Of a DNA stretch of 64,000 nt, positions 37,559 through 49,760 are shown piece by piece. Each line of letters opens with the position of its first letter. The stretch's first letter is position 1. The notes beneath the pieces are model-generated. The model saw nothing but the letters and a program-made list of their open reading frames with translations. It searched no databases and had not been told where the DNA came from. The stretch spans positions 163,079,223 through 163,143,222 of the forward strand of contig NC_068982.1 of assembly GCF_001194135.2 (NCBI RefSeq). Reading direction: 5' to 3'. The DNA comes from Octopus bimaculoides (taxonomy: Eukaryota). A program made the position numbers and the translations under genes.

Positions 37559-38814
37559 AAAACAAAAATAAGTCATCTATTTAAATAAATGATTGACTAT
37601 AGTACTCAGAAATGGTATAAAAGATGAAAACAAAAAGTACTGAGTAGATGTTTACTAATAATCAAACTGTTAATAATGTTGTATATCAGTAACAAGAAAA
37701 ATGTAAATAAATAAATAAATAAAAAAATAAAATGTAATGTAAATGAACAGGCAGAGATTTGATCTCAAAACCTAACATTTGTATTATTTCCTCATTCTCG
37801 TTGCCTTCTAAAAGGAAAATTAAGGTTAGGATGTAATGTTAACTGGATACAAGTGAGTGAGGAAAGAGAAAGCCTGGAAAAGTAGGTTTAGGCAAGCTAC
37901 AGCAACTAAAACCTTGATCAGATTAAAATATCTTCTAAACTTGACACAGACACACACACGATGGGGTGGGATGGGGGTGTAGGTCTGAGGTAAAAAAATA
38001 AAATTGGCTGAAACACATAAAAAAAAAAATTAAAAAAATAAATAAATAAATATAAAGCCAAACAACTATATAAAAAGTCCTTTGAAAGTAGAACAGCCAA
38101 GGGGTGAAGTCTCTTTAATATGATATTAGCAAGTTAAGGAGTAAACTACCTCTGTACTGCCAGGCAACTTCACTCTGTATGTAGACTGTGACAAGTCTGA
38201 CCACCCAAGTTGAAATTGAGTTTATCTATCCCTCTCTTCATTCCACCAGAACAGAGAAAGGAGGCAGCTAATATTACACTCCCTTGGTCAGTAGGTTTAT
38301 CTGACTGACTTTAACAAAGATCTTAGAAACATAGAGAGAGTGGGGAACAATGTGTACAAGGAGGAAAGAGGGAACAGTGGAAGAGAAAAGGGAGAAAAAA
38401 AAAAAAACAAGGAGAAAGAAAGGAGTTGTGTAGATGAGAGAAAAATGGTGTAGTGTACATTGCATGAGAAAAAGAGAGGAAGTGAGAGTGGGAGAGAGAG
38501 AGAAAGACAAAGAGCAGGAAAATAATGTTTTATGTGTGTGTAAGAATGAATAAGTTTGAATGACATGAACTGGTGTGGGTGTGGTGGAGAGGAAGATTAT
38601 TTTCTTTTAAAAAAGTAAATAAACAAACAATCATCAGACCACTCCTAAATGGGACTTAAAATAGAAATATAGATCCAGAACTGATCAGGACCCAATGTAA
38701 TTTTGATAAACAAAGGAAATATTTACAGTAAGGACTTTATAAAGTTTTCATCAAAAGAGTTTGGATGAAAAATAAATAAATAAAAGACCGATATGAACAA
38801 ATGGAATAAAATTG

Positions 38815-38990
38815 ATTAGGCGTGGCTAGGTAGTTAAGAAGCTTACTCTGCAACCATGTAATTGCAGGTTCATTCCCACTGTGCAGTACCTTGGGCAAGT
38901 GTCTTCTACAATAGCCCTAGGCCAAACAATGCCTTGTGAGTGGATTTGGTAGGTGGAAATTTGTGTGGAAGCCCATTGTGTGTGTGTATA
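38815..38990 (+). mobile_element. SINE family A head
   Basis: GTGCAGTACCTTGGGCAAGTGTCTTCTAC...GCCTTGTGAGTGGATTTGGTAG. Similar copies at about 31345-31500 (+) and 35670-35880 (-). Confidence 0.75.
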
Positions 38991-39467
38991 GACTTTCTGT
39001 TTGTCTTTCTTGTCTCCAGACTTGCAGGGCATTTTCATTTTCCTTTGGATTACCCCCATATCTGTCCATCTTTGTTGTATATGTATATTTTGTCAGATCC
39101 TAATGGTCAGTCATTAGGGTCTGACGAGACATATGTAAAGCTAAGTGCTTTATGGATGTGAAACCGTGGGTAACCCAATGAACCAGCCATAACTACCTTT
39201 CTCTAAGTACTCTACTGCTCTTTATCTTAGAGTGTACTTCTCTTTCAGATTTATGATTTACTGATGATATATATATTCTTTTATTGGTTTCAGTCATTTG
39301 ACTGTGCCCATGCTGGAGCACCACCTTTAGTCGAACAAACTGACCCCAGGACTTATTTTTTGTAAGCCTAGTACTTATTCTATTGGGCTCTTTTGCCGAA
39401 CTGCTAAGTGAAATAACTTAGATTAGTTTCAGCCATTATCGGCCCCGGCCATGACTAACTCTCTCTC

Positions 39468-39521
<54 letters not shown>

Positions 39522-39524
39522 TAT

Positions 39525-39565
<41 letters not shown>

Positions 39566-40210
39566 TAATGTTTTATGTGTGTGTAAGAGAGAGAGGAGTG
39601 GATGTAATTATATGTACATATTACTAACAGCATTCTTCTACATGGACCATCAAACTACAGGGTTTGGTATCCTATTAAAAGTCTTATCCAAGTTAATAAA
39701 TGCAAGATATATTGCCTGCTCCCCATCTTTTTCCAGTCTATTCCATGTTCTCATAAAAACTCCCAGTTGTCCTTTTTATTACAAGTCTCTATCTTCTACT
39801 ACTTTTCATCATATGCATCAACCAGTACTTCTTTGAGTCTTCGTCTAATCAAAGGATCTTTCAGCTTCCATAACTTCTTCCATTTCCAGATTGCCTTGCG
39901 TTTCAGAGACTACCTTGCTCTTATCCTGAGGTCACTAATCACTACTCTATGTTGAGTTATACGTTTTTCAACAAGTTGCCAATCCTATTTCATCATGTGT
40001 ATGAAGTCTACCTTGTGTATGTTCACCTGAGTAGTACTTGATCTAGTGGCTGCCAGTTTCCTGAGTGATCACAGTAAATGCTTTGATCCTAAATCATTCT
40101 TTACACTATACCTATAGCTTCCAAGTATGCTGGAGTGACTATCATGCTTTTGTTTAATATGTTCATTAAAGTCACATGCACGCACAAATCTTTCTATCTA
40201 CACACACATA

Positions 40211-41070
40211 CATCATCATCATCATCATCGTTTAACGTCCGCTTTCCATGCCAGCATGGGTTGGACGATTTGACTGAGGACTGGTGAAACCGGATGGCAC
40301 ACCAGGCTCCAATCTAATTTGGCAGAGTTTCTACAGCTGGATGCCCTTCCTAACGCCAACCACTCAGAGAGTGTAGTGGGTGCTTTTACGTGTCACCCGC
40401 ACGAAAACGGCCACGCTCGAAATGGTGTCTTTTATGTGCCACCCGCACAAGCCNNNNNNNNNNNNNNNNNNNNNNNNNNNNNNNNNNNNNNNNNNNNNNN
40501 NNNNNNNNNNNNNNNNNNNNNNNNNNNNNNNNNNNNNNNNNNNNNNNNNNNNNNNNNNNNNNNNNNNNNNNNNNNNNNNNNNNNNNNNNNNNNNNNNNNN
40601 NNNNNNNNNNNNNNNNNNNNNNNNNNNNNNNNNNNNNNNNNNNNNNNNNNNNNNNNNNNNNNNNNNNNNNNNNNNNNNNNNNNNNNNNNNNNNNNNNNNN
40701 NNNNNNNNNNNNNNNNNNNNNNNNNNTACTTGACTTGCCGGGTCTTCTCACGCACAACACATTTCCAAAGGTCTCGGTCAGTAGTCATCGCCTCGGTGAG
40801 GCCCAATGTACGAAGGTCTTGCCTCACCACCTCAGCCCAAGTCTTCCTGGGCCTACCTCTTCCACGGGTTCCCTCAACTGTTAGGGTGTGGCACTTTTTC
40901 ACGCAGCTATCCTCATCCATTCTCACCACATGTCCATACCAGCGCAGTCGCCTCTCTTGCACACCACAACTGATGCTTCTAATGTTCAGCTTTTCTCTCA
41001 AGATACTTACACTCTGACGGGTATTCACATTGACATTACACATCCAACGGAGCATACTGGCTTCATGCAC
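40211..41070 (-). mobile_element. Young 5'-truncated RTE LINE: open ORF2 C-terminus, 3' UTR (partly in gap), (GAT)n tail
   Basis: Open frame ...RRLRWYGHVVRMDEDSCVKKC...GRGRPRKTWAEVVRQDL...KTRQVK*. The tail is nearly identical to 1-252. Confidence 0.92.
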
Positions 41071-41555
41071 ATATATATTCTCTTGCTCTTTCCTCTGGCT
41101 AGGTAACCATGTATCTCCTTTACAGCAGCACACCTGTTTCTGTCTTCTTTCTTGTTCCTCCTTCTCTCTCTTTCTCTCTCTGGTTGGATAACCATGAACC
41201 TCCTCTCTGTCATACTATAACTTTTCATCAGCTGACACAAGATCACCTCCTTCAAAGCCCTTTCCCCTCTCAAAGATCTCTTGTTTTGCAAAGTTACTTG
41301 GTGACTCTGGCAGTGTTGGTGCCACTTAAAAAGCATCCAGTCCACATTGTAAAGTGGTTGGCATTTGGAAGGGCATTCAGCTGTAAAAACCATGCCAAAC
41401 CTGATCTCACCTGTGTTGGTGCCACGTAAAAAGCACTCAGCCCACTCTGTGCAATTGTTGCTGTTTGGAAGAGCATCCAGTCATAAAAACCATTCCAAAA
41501 CAGATAAACTGTCAAACGCATGCCAACATGGACAACAGACATTAAATGATGATTA
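41070..41555 (+). mobile_element. Composite repeat with RTE-type 3' tail (same family as 13130-13830)
   Basis: CT-rich body with GGTAACCATG...CAGCACACCTGTTTCTGTC...GACACAAGATCACCTCC, then RTE tail motifs. Confidence 0.6.
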
Positions 41556-42189
41556 TATATATATNNNNNNNNNNNNNNNNNNNNNNNNNNNNNNNNNNNN
41601 NNNNNNNNNNNNNNNNNNNNNTATATATATGAGACAGGTCTGAGAAGACTGGAAGAAAATAGAGAGTAAGGAACAATATCAGGTAGATAAAAGAGAACCT
41701 AAATTTCAGGTATATTTAACAAAGGGAAGCTTTGAAAGAAGTTTGTTCATGTCCTATGAGTAGAGGAGTCAAAGCATTAAGTATTTTGGATTGCAAAGAA
41801 ATGTGTCAGTAGTGACTGAAGTTGACAGGCTCCAATAATTGGTTTCCCAAGGAAACCGGCCATTACAGGTAGTTGCTAAGACTCTGAAAATAACTGGTGC
41901 AATAGGGCACATGCTTGTCACTTGCATAAACAATTAAGTAGTATAGAGAGACATTATGTGCAAGGACTGGTGTAACTATCAATTATTACAAGGATAAAGG
42001 AGATAATTTACAAAGAAACAACTAGAGAGTAACCAACTGATGGACCTAGTGACGAAATAGATATAGCATAACTGAATACAAAAAAGGAGCTTAGCTGAGG
42101 TGCAGTTTGGGTTTGTGCTAAGACGGAGTACAACTGATGCCTACTTCCCAATGAGATAGCAACTGAAGAGGTTTGCTTCTTGCAAGAGC

Positions 42190-42372
42190 CCTTGCACTTG
42201 TCCACATAAAAAGCACCCATCACACTCTATAAAGTGGTTGGCATTAGGAAGGGGACCCAGCTGTAGAATCCAAGCCAAATCAGACTGAAACCTGGTACAG
42301 CTCTCCAGCTTGCCAGCTCTGGTCACACTGTCCAACCCATGCCAGCAGGGAAAACGGATGATGATGATGATG
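42190..42372 (+). mobile_element. Isolated RTE 3' tail
   Basis: AAAAGCACCC...GGCATTAGGAAGGG...CCATGCCAGCAGGGAAAACGGATGATGATGATG. Similar short tails at about 31690-31800, 49790-49900 and 50750-50890. Confidence 0.8.
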
Positions 42373-42500
42373 TTATCCCTAATTATCATCAGTATGTGAA
42401 AAAGTGATGTGAGGATAAGTTTAATCCTTTCAGGAGAAATCTCTGTTGAAAACATTTGAAAATGCAAGAAAAACAAATATTTGGTATATTCCATATTCAG

Positions 42501-42600
42501 AATTCAAAATGTAACTTCAACAAGTAATTTGTAATTCAAAATGTCATTTCAACAAGTAATTCGTAATTCAAAATGTAACTTCGACAAGTAATTTGTAATT
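42501..42600. repeat. 32-bp minisatellite, three copies
   Basis: AATTCAAAATGTAACTTCAACAAGTAATTTGT units start at 42501, 42533 and 42565. Confidence 0.9.
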
Positions 42601-43749
42601 TATCACTTAAACAGCAAAAAGTTTAATTTCGTTTCATCCATGAAGCCTAAGATATATATGTATACAAGAGCACTTGACTTTTGAGTTTTTAAAATAATAG
42701 TAACAATGAATAGCAGATATATTTCATATATAGGCATATATATATTTTGCTCATAAATACAACACAATACTCAAAATAAAAAAAACCCTAATATGAATTG
42801 AATTTATAGGGCATAATATTTGAATATGTAAGTCTCTCAGTCTCTCTCTCTCTCTCTCTCTCTCACTCTTTGTCAATGAAAATTCAAAACACTAAATCAG
42901 AAATTAACATTATTAATAAGAGTAACAGATGTTGGTGAATGGTAAAATACAGAGCTTTTGACTAATAATCTTTTCAATATTGCATTCCATTCATCTCTCT
43001 ACAATCTTCTTGAGTTCAAGTCCTACTAGACTTGATTTGGGTCTTTTATCCCCATAATCAATAAAATGAGAACCAATTTTGACTGAATATCTCTATCCTG
43101 TAAATATAAAGTCTGGAGCCAGTGTGAATCAGATACAAATGTATATTAAAATACATAACAAGCACAAGGTCACAAATTTCACTGGTGATTAAGACTGCTC
43201 CCTGTTCCTGATGGGTACTTATTACGTCACCCTGAGATCAAAAAACAAAGCTGACTTAGGATCTAAAATCAGAAGAGGCATAAATATTATTAGGCATTTT
43301 GTTTGAGGCAATACCAATTTATACCTTTTTAAAATATTGATATTTTGTATTGGTCTAGCCACTATAGCATGTATAATAGTGGAAAAAGCATGAGCCTTAC
43401 TTGTGACATTCTACCTACAGAGCTACATTTGCTGGTTATATAATTAATGATTAACTTTATACCATCATGCGAATTTAGTTATGCCTTGCCATTTTGCTAA
43501 TATTTTAATAAGTAGTCTTCCACTATTTGTCTCACTATTTTGGGAGGGAGAAACGATGAGCTGTAAAGACAGCAAAACCAATCAGTTTAATTCTCATCCT
43601 AATCTGCCAAATTCCAGTGATACTAAATACATATACAATTCTATTTTTGGAATAGTGGATCTCGAAGCTCACATAAAGCTATAATAACTATAATAAATAA
43701 TAGCATGCAAATATTCAGTTAAAAAAACTCTTTTGAATAAAAAAGTTAA

Positions 43750-43815
43750 TGGCTGCCCACAGGACTCAAACCCACAACTCCTGTAGACATGACAGGTGTT
43801 CCACTATTGGACATA
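43750..43815 (-). pseudogene. tRNA-like remnant or SINE head
   Basis: Minus strand has a CCTGT-7nt-ACAGG stem-loop and GGGTTTGAGTCC (decayed T-arm). The acceptor stem does not form. Confidence 0.3.
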
Positions 43816-45551
43816 TATAGTTATTACCAAGGAGTTTTGCCACTTTTACAGTGCTGCCACTATAGGTAGTGGAAAGTTGTTCCTACCCTACAATATTTAC
43901 TTGACAAAAATTGTAGGGCTATTACTACTTCACAGTAATGCTCACACCTCATTTACATTTGGTTACAGTGAATAACCTGAAAAAGAATAAACTCTATTGA
44001 TGTGCAAAAGATCTAGCGTAGTTTGGGAACATTTTCATTTCATTCAAACAGTAGAAATGCTGAGTCTACCATTGTGGCATTAGATAGGAGATAAATTTCT
44101 CCTTTATAGGTAAGATTCTAGTAGACCTCTACACAGTCACTCGACCCATTGAAAAATAGCAGCCAAATCTTCTTCAGACCACATTTTATAGTCTTAAAAA
44201 AAGGAAGGAACGTTGGAATAATGTTTGGTCTGGAAGAGGAGGTTGTACTCATATAGGGTGGTTACAAGAGGAACGTCTTCGATCAGAGCTGACCTAGGAC
44301 AAAACAACATGAACTACTAAGACAATATTTTATTAAGCGTCCTGTACAGAAACATAAAAATACCAGCAACGAAAATCAAAATAACTGAATTTATTGTAAT
44401 GTAAAGAATCGGTGCCTTTTATGTAACTAGGGAGGGTTACACTACAAATGTTCAACATCACTGAGGGAAGGATACCTACTACAAATTTATTTTTATGTAA
44501 GTATAAGGGCAAGACTTCTTTTTGGCCCCCACCCCAGTCTTTCCGGTATAAGGGCCAAGACGTTGAAAGGGACAGAAAATGGAATGTTGTAACAATATGT
44601 TTCCGAATCGGAAGCTTAATCCTTGTACAATCGACAAAGCATAAGGAATGTGTTTACTTTGTTTTGTTTCTTTGGGCACAGAACCAACTTTTGAGAGCAA
44701 AGAGGTTACATTTTATCGACCCCAGAAGAATATGAACTTGGAATGTAAGGCGGAATGAAAACAGTAAATAACAAACTACTTTTTCTGTTCCTCACACTCA
44801 TACGAAGGGGAAAGCCCGAAACGTTATATTCTACACTCTTCGTGGTAATCGAACTCATCTACCTCTGAGTAATAGCATTAAACATTCGTAGAAAGGGTCA
44901 CTGACGGCCGAAAGGAATTAAATCCATGGGTCAGAGGAAAATTACCTATTGCTACTATTTAGAAAGACCACGACATTCTCCAATCGGCACACCAAAGTTC
45001 CAAATGTAAGTTAGAAATGGCAACGAGAAACTTTTGAATAAGTTAATCATTGTTAAAGGTTATGTTTACAATCCGCAATATTCAGTAAACGTTGTGCAAA
45101 AAAATTGATATAAAATAACCGTAAAACACTAGTTTATTGCAAGAAATTTTGTCTACATTGGTGTCGGTGTGTGTATTCCTTTCTAATTAAGTGGACTGAC
45201 TGAAACAAATAGAAACTGACATGTTAGGGAAAGATGCAACGAAACACCCGCACTAGACGGAATTGATGAATTAAGATGAGAGTTTTTTCAAGTCTTCAAA
45301 GCATTATTGGCTTATCTGACAAAGGAATACTGGGCCTAAGTATATAAAGGGCTTCGTATAGTGATGGCTAATATTCTTGAAAGCTTTCCGCCTACTACTG
45401 ATCGCCTAACATAACTTCTGTAATATAACGCTGGTTCCAAATTTCCAGATGTTACCATTCGTTGCTTGCCACATTGATAGTCATGTAATAAAAAGAAAAG
45501 CTTGACATCAAATGACTGTATGAGTGTGTATTACACACACACACACATATA

Positions 45552-45617
<66 letters not shown>

Positions 45618-45904
45618 TGATACCACTTGATGTATTTCCAACAAAAATTACTTGTGTCTATAACGAAGAGTTACACCATACGACTGATTTCGAGTGTATG
45701 CATATGAATGACAACTAATCAACGAAATTGTGTATACATTTATACATGTAATAAATGAGTGTGAATGTGTGCGTGTGTATGTATCACATACATGAATACA
45801 TATGGATGTTGACGTTTGTATGTATGTATGGGTGGGTGTGTGTATAAAGCTATTCATAACGAAGAGATTAGAAAAGGTTAGAGTAGAAGAAGAATGGCAC
45901 CAAC

Positions 45905-46092
45905 CAATATTTCGTTAAGGCTGTAACTTGTAGCGGATTAGACTGGTTCGGGTAAGTCCTTCGACAGGCTGCATAGATCGATTCAAAGCCAGGTGGTGTG
46001 AGATGCATATTGGAAGGAAAATTGGGTGAAGAATACGGTTTGTCTTCATCTTCTATCTTACAGTGGGCTGAACTGGTTGTGTTCGTCGACAT
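45905..46092 (-). CDS. SUFU: Suppressor of fused, coding exon 1 (MSTNTTSS...PPGFESIYAACRRTYPNQSNPLQVTALTKYW)
   Basis: ATG at 46092. Translation matches the remembered SUFU N-terminus (human PPGLHAIYGECRRLYPDQPNPLQVTAIVKYW). Donor TG|GTTGGT, phase 2, 188 nt. Confidence 0.95.
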
Positions 46093-48302
46093 TCTATATT
46101 GATAGTTAAACAACTGCTTCAGAAGACTTCAGTCGAGACTGTCTAACTTATATCCAATACTTCACGTCCGACTCATCATTTTACTAATGATAGATAAACA
46201 AAGACAACCTCAAGGAAAAGACTTTCTGGAATGAAAAGCTTGTTGGTAAAAAAAACAAAGATTTCAGTTGATGTCTGTCAGTGACAAGGAGTTAACACAT
46301 CGGAAATAAACTAATAGGAGACCACCAACAAAGTTTATGCTCACAGAGTTATCTTTCTTTGGTAGTCTTGAATTTTGTCACTAGGTGGACGTTGTCTGTT
46401 TTTTTATTTTATTTTCTCATTGTGTTGGTTTTTAGAAAACTTTGGGTTGATAGTTTTCGTGCTTAGTAGCTGCTCCCTAAGACTTACGATTTCCCTCAGT
46501 AAATTAGATTATTCTTATAAGCCCAGGATACAGAACATTTTCATATCATATTTAATTACGTTTGTCCTTAATTTGGCTGAAATACTTTTCTTCAACTTTA
46601 AGATAGTATTTAACCTAAGTCAGCCCTGAACGAATTGACGTGATCAAAGGTGGGCATAACTACAGAGTGGTGCCCTCCACCACCGACTTTATTTCTGCAT
46701 AACTTTCTGAAAAATGCACATTTATTAATAAAATTTTGCAGATATACTCTTTGATGATATCGATTACATTTGTCTGATACCATTAAAACAATTTATTTTG
46801 GAGGCGTTTCTGACAATTCTCACCTTCTGACTTTCCCAATATTTCTCTTTAAAATGCATATATTTTAATGGCATTTTGCGGAAATACGTTTTTGAGAGTG
46901 TAGATCATGCAACATTGATGTTTCAGATCTGAAAACAAAGTGAAAAACGTTACAAGTTACGGAAATTGGTACCAACGAAATTGGGGCTAATAGAACAATC
47001 CGAAACTCCATCAAAACATATTTTTATGAAGTTTATAAACATAGTCGTAATCTATGCTTTCTAAAATGTATTTCTGAAAAATGTCATTTTGAAATATGTA
47101 TTTCAAAGAGAGTTATGAGGAAACAAAGTTGAGAAGGAACGAGAAAGATTCGAAACTTTTTTTTTTAATATTATCAACATCATTGCAATGTACTCCCTCG
47201 AAAAAGTATCCCTGCAACATTTATTTAAATTATTCGTTCTCCACAAAATTAGGAGGAAACTAAATCGGGGATCACCAGTCTGTAGCTAAACCCAAAGTTG
47301 TTCCAACTGCCCTGTCTTTGTATATGTTAACGACATTTTTCCATGTGTTCTTTCTTTTAAATGGTAGGTGAAATCTGAGAAGGTTTGGCTTCTATATCTA
47401 ACAGATCGAGCGAATACATACACACCACACTCCCTCGTTGGGATTGGGGGTAAACGTTAATGAAATAAAAAATTCTTGAAAAATAAATAAATAAATAAAT
47501 AAATAAGGGTACTGCAGTTGATTATTTGGGGATCTATCAATGGGGAAAAGCTATATGATATTTTTCTAGAATTTCATAACAAGAAATCCAGTATTCGTAT
47601 TGTTCAAGTTCAACTTAATTCTTAGAAAATGAAATATGAATATGTGATATTGGTCACATTTCGTAATATGTATAGACCCTAGACTTCAAACATCGTAAAT
47701 CTTTTGTGTACGTATTCTACATAACCGCAATTTCTCTTTTCTTTAATCTAAAGCACTNNNNNNNNNNGAAATGGCTTTGCCCAAGCTCTCTGACATTGGT
47801 AGAGTTGATAACGTTGTTGGTCACAGATTCAAAAACGTGGAAAGGGAATTCCAGGAAAAGGGTAAAAGGATCAGATGAGTGAGGGACGAGAGGTAGAATG
47901 ATGGGCGTGTAGCCGTGCCTGGGTACAGTAGCGTAAAACTAACTAGTTCAAAAGAGCTATTAAATTGGAGCTACGAAAACTCCGTTAGGCTGCCTGATGT
48001 AGCACTTCTTCCTTCATGTGTTATCTCGAATTAACCTTTATTGAACAGACATATGATTAAAGCTATGTCTTTTCTTTTCTTTCTTTGATAATATATGTAG
48101 TACTACTTTATCCGACGATCCTTCATATTGAGACTGTAAACTCAAAACAAAATACTAAAGCCAAAATAAAATAACTAAACTCGAACGTCATGTAATATTC
48201 TAAACAAACAAGGCTTAAAATATGTAAATTTAATAATGTTTTTAAAACACCAACAACAACAGCAACAACTATAATACATGTTTTTATATAAAAAATATAT
48301 AT

Positions 48303-48703
48303 ACTCTTTTACTTGTTTCAGTCATTTGACTGCGGCCATACTGGAGCACCGCCTTTAGACAAGCAAATCGACCCCAGGACTTATTCTTTGTAAGCCTAGT
48401 ACTTATTCTATCGGACGCTTTTGCCGAACCGCTAAGTTACTGGGACGTAAACACACCACCATCGGTTGTCAAGCAATGTTGGGGGGAGGGGGCAAACACA
48501 GACCCACAAACACACATATATATATATATATACATATACACATATACGACGGACTTCTTTCAGTTTCCGTCTACCAAATCCACTCACAAGGCTTTGGTCG
48601 GCCCGAGACTATAGTAGAAGACACTTTCACAAGGTGCCACGCAGTGGTACTGAACCTGGAACCATGTGGTTGGTAAGAAGCTACTTACCACACAGCCACT
48701 CCT
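48303..48703 (-). mobile_element. Full-length SINE family A copy, CpG-retaining
   Basis: Reverse-complement homology to 19582-19950 along the full length. Confidence 0.88.
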
Positions 48704-48970
48704 GAGCAAAACTATTATCGTTTGATCCAATGTAGTAGTTAATTCTTTTTGAAACTTATTCGTCGTCTGGAAAAAAAATTAAAAAACCCCAAAAATCAGT
48801 AGGGTGTGGTTTGAGAGATATTTGACATTTTTAGCACTTCAGATACTTTTCTCTGTGTGTGGCTCATTTGATGCTTTTTGTTCTCTTCCCCAATATGTGG
48901 TTCATATGGTGTTACGTGCTCCTTTCCTTTTGTGCAGTTGGTTTGGTATTGCAGTACCTGCCCTCCTACC

Positions 48971-49760
48971 CAGTGTTGCCAACTTAAAATCACAATTTTA
49001 TGCTAAATTTCAGTAGAAAAATACCAAACAAATGCTAAAAAATGCTAAATAAAAGAAAAAAAGTGCTAAAGACTAATTATATCAAAAAGCTTAATTTTTA
49101 TTTACATATTTTTTAATTTCTTTAATTATATTAAGCATTGAGAAATAAATTCTTGAATTTCACTGATTTGATCCCTTTCAGCTGCAGTACTTAGGTCTTG
49201 ACTTCTGTATACATTCAAGGTCCCAATCTTGTTAATCATGTGTTTTGGAATATCGAAGTTTTTGCAACATTTGCCACATCTTTTCAGGCCATATTTTATA
49301 GACAGTATTGATCTAAGCATAGGAAGATGCATTTTGTTTTTCAATTTTGATTTGATTACACTCATACTACTGAACTTGTTCAACTTCTGCACTTGAGTTT
49401 GGCAATGTCAATGAATTAATGGCAAAATTTGCAACATCTCTAAAAGGATTTCCTCCAGTAGCATCTTTATATTCCAAAACTTCCAGCCAGAATGCCTCAG
49501 TATTAGATGCATTTGTCCATTTAACTAAATGAATGCTATTAAACTGCATTGCTTCTAAGACAGGTAAAATTGGCTCTTTGAAATGCTGCAAAATATTCTC
49601 TACTGAAAAATATTTGATATTCCTCAGTATATCAATATTTTCTGGCAAACAGTGCTTGAGCTCTTCATAAAGGCAGAGTAAAAATTGTTGTGCTCTTTTA
49701 CAAATATTATTTTCTTCGGTGGCTGTTACAATCTTCTTGATAATCATTTCTGCTATCTTT
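48971..49760 (-). mobile_element. hAT transposon 3' end with transposase C-terminal dimerisation domain
   Basis: FWLEV...NPFRDVANFAINSLTLPNSSAEVE, then after a frameshift FSSMSVIKSKLKNKM. Terminus CAGTGTTGCCAAC at 48971 with subterminal ATGCTAAA repeats. Confidence 0.8.

Noticed and set aside
45946-45948. SUFU Asn codon AAC where human has Asp, a possible restorative A-to-I recoding site
   Set aside because: The 5' neighbour is G, which ADAR disfavours. No local duplex is evident, and N/D exchange is a common substitution.
47768-48060. Possible CR1/Jockey-type LINE 3' fragment on the minus strand
   Set aside because: Only a faint WNSL-like motif is visible, too degenerate to call without a profile search.
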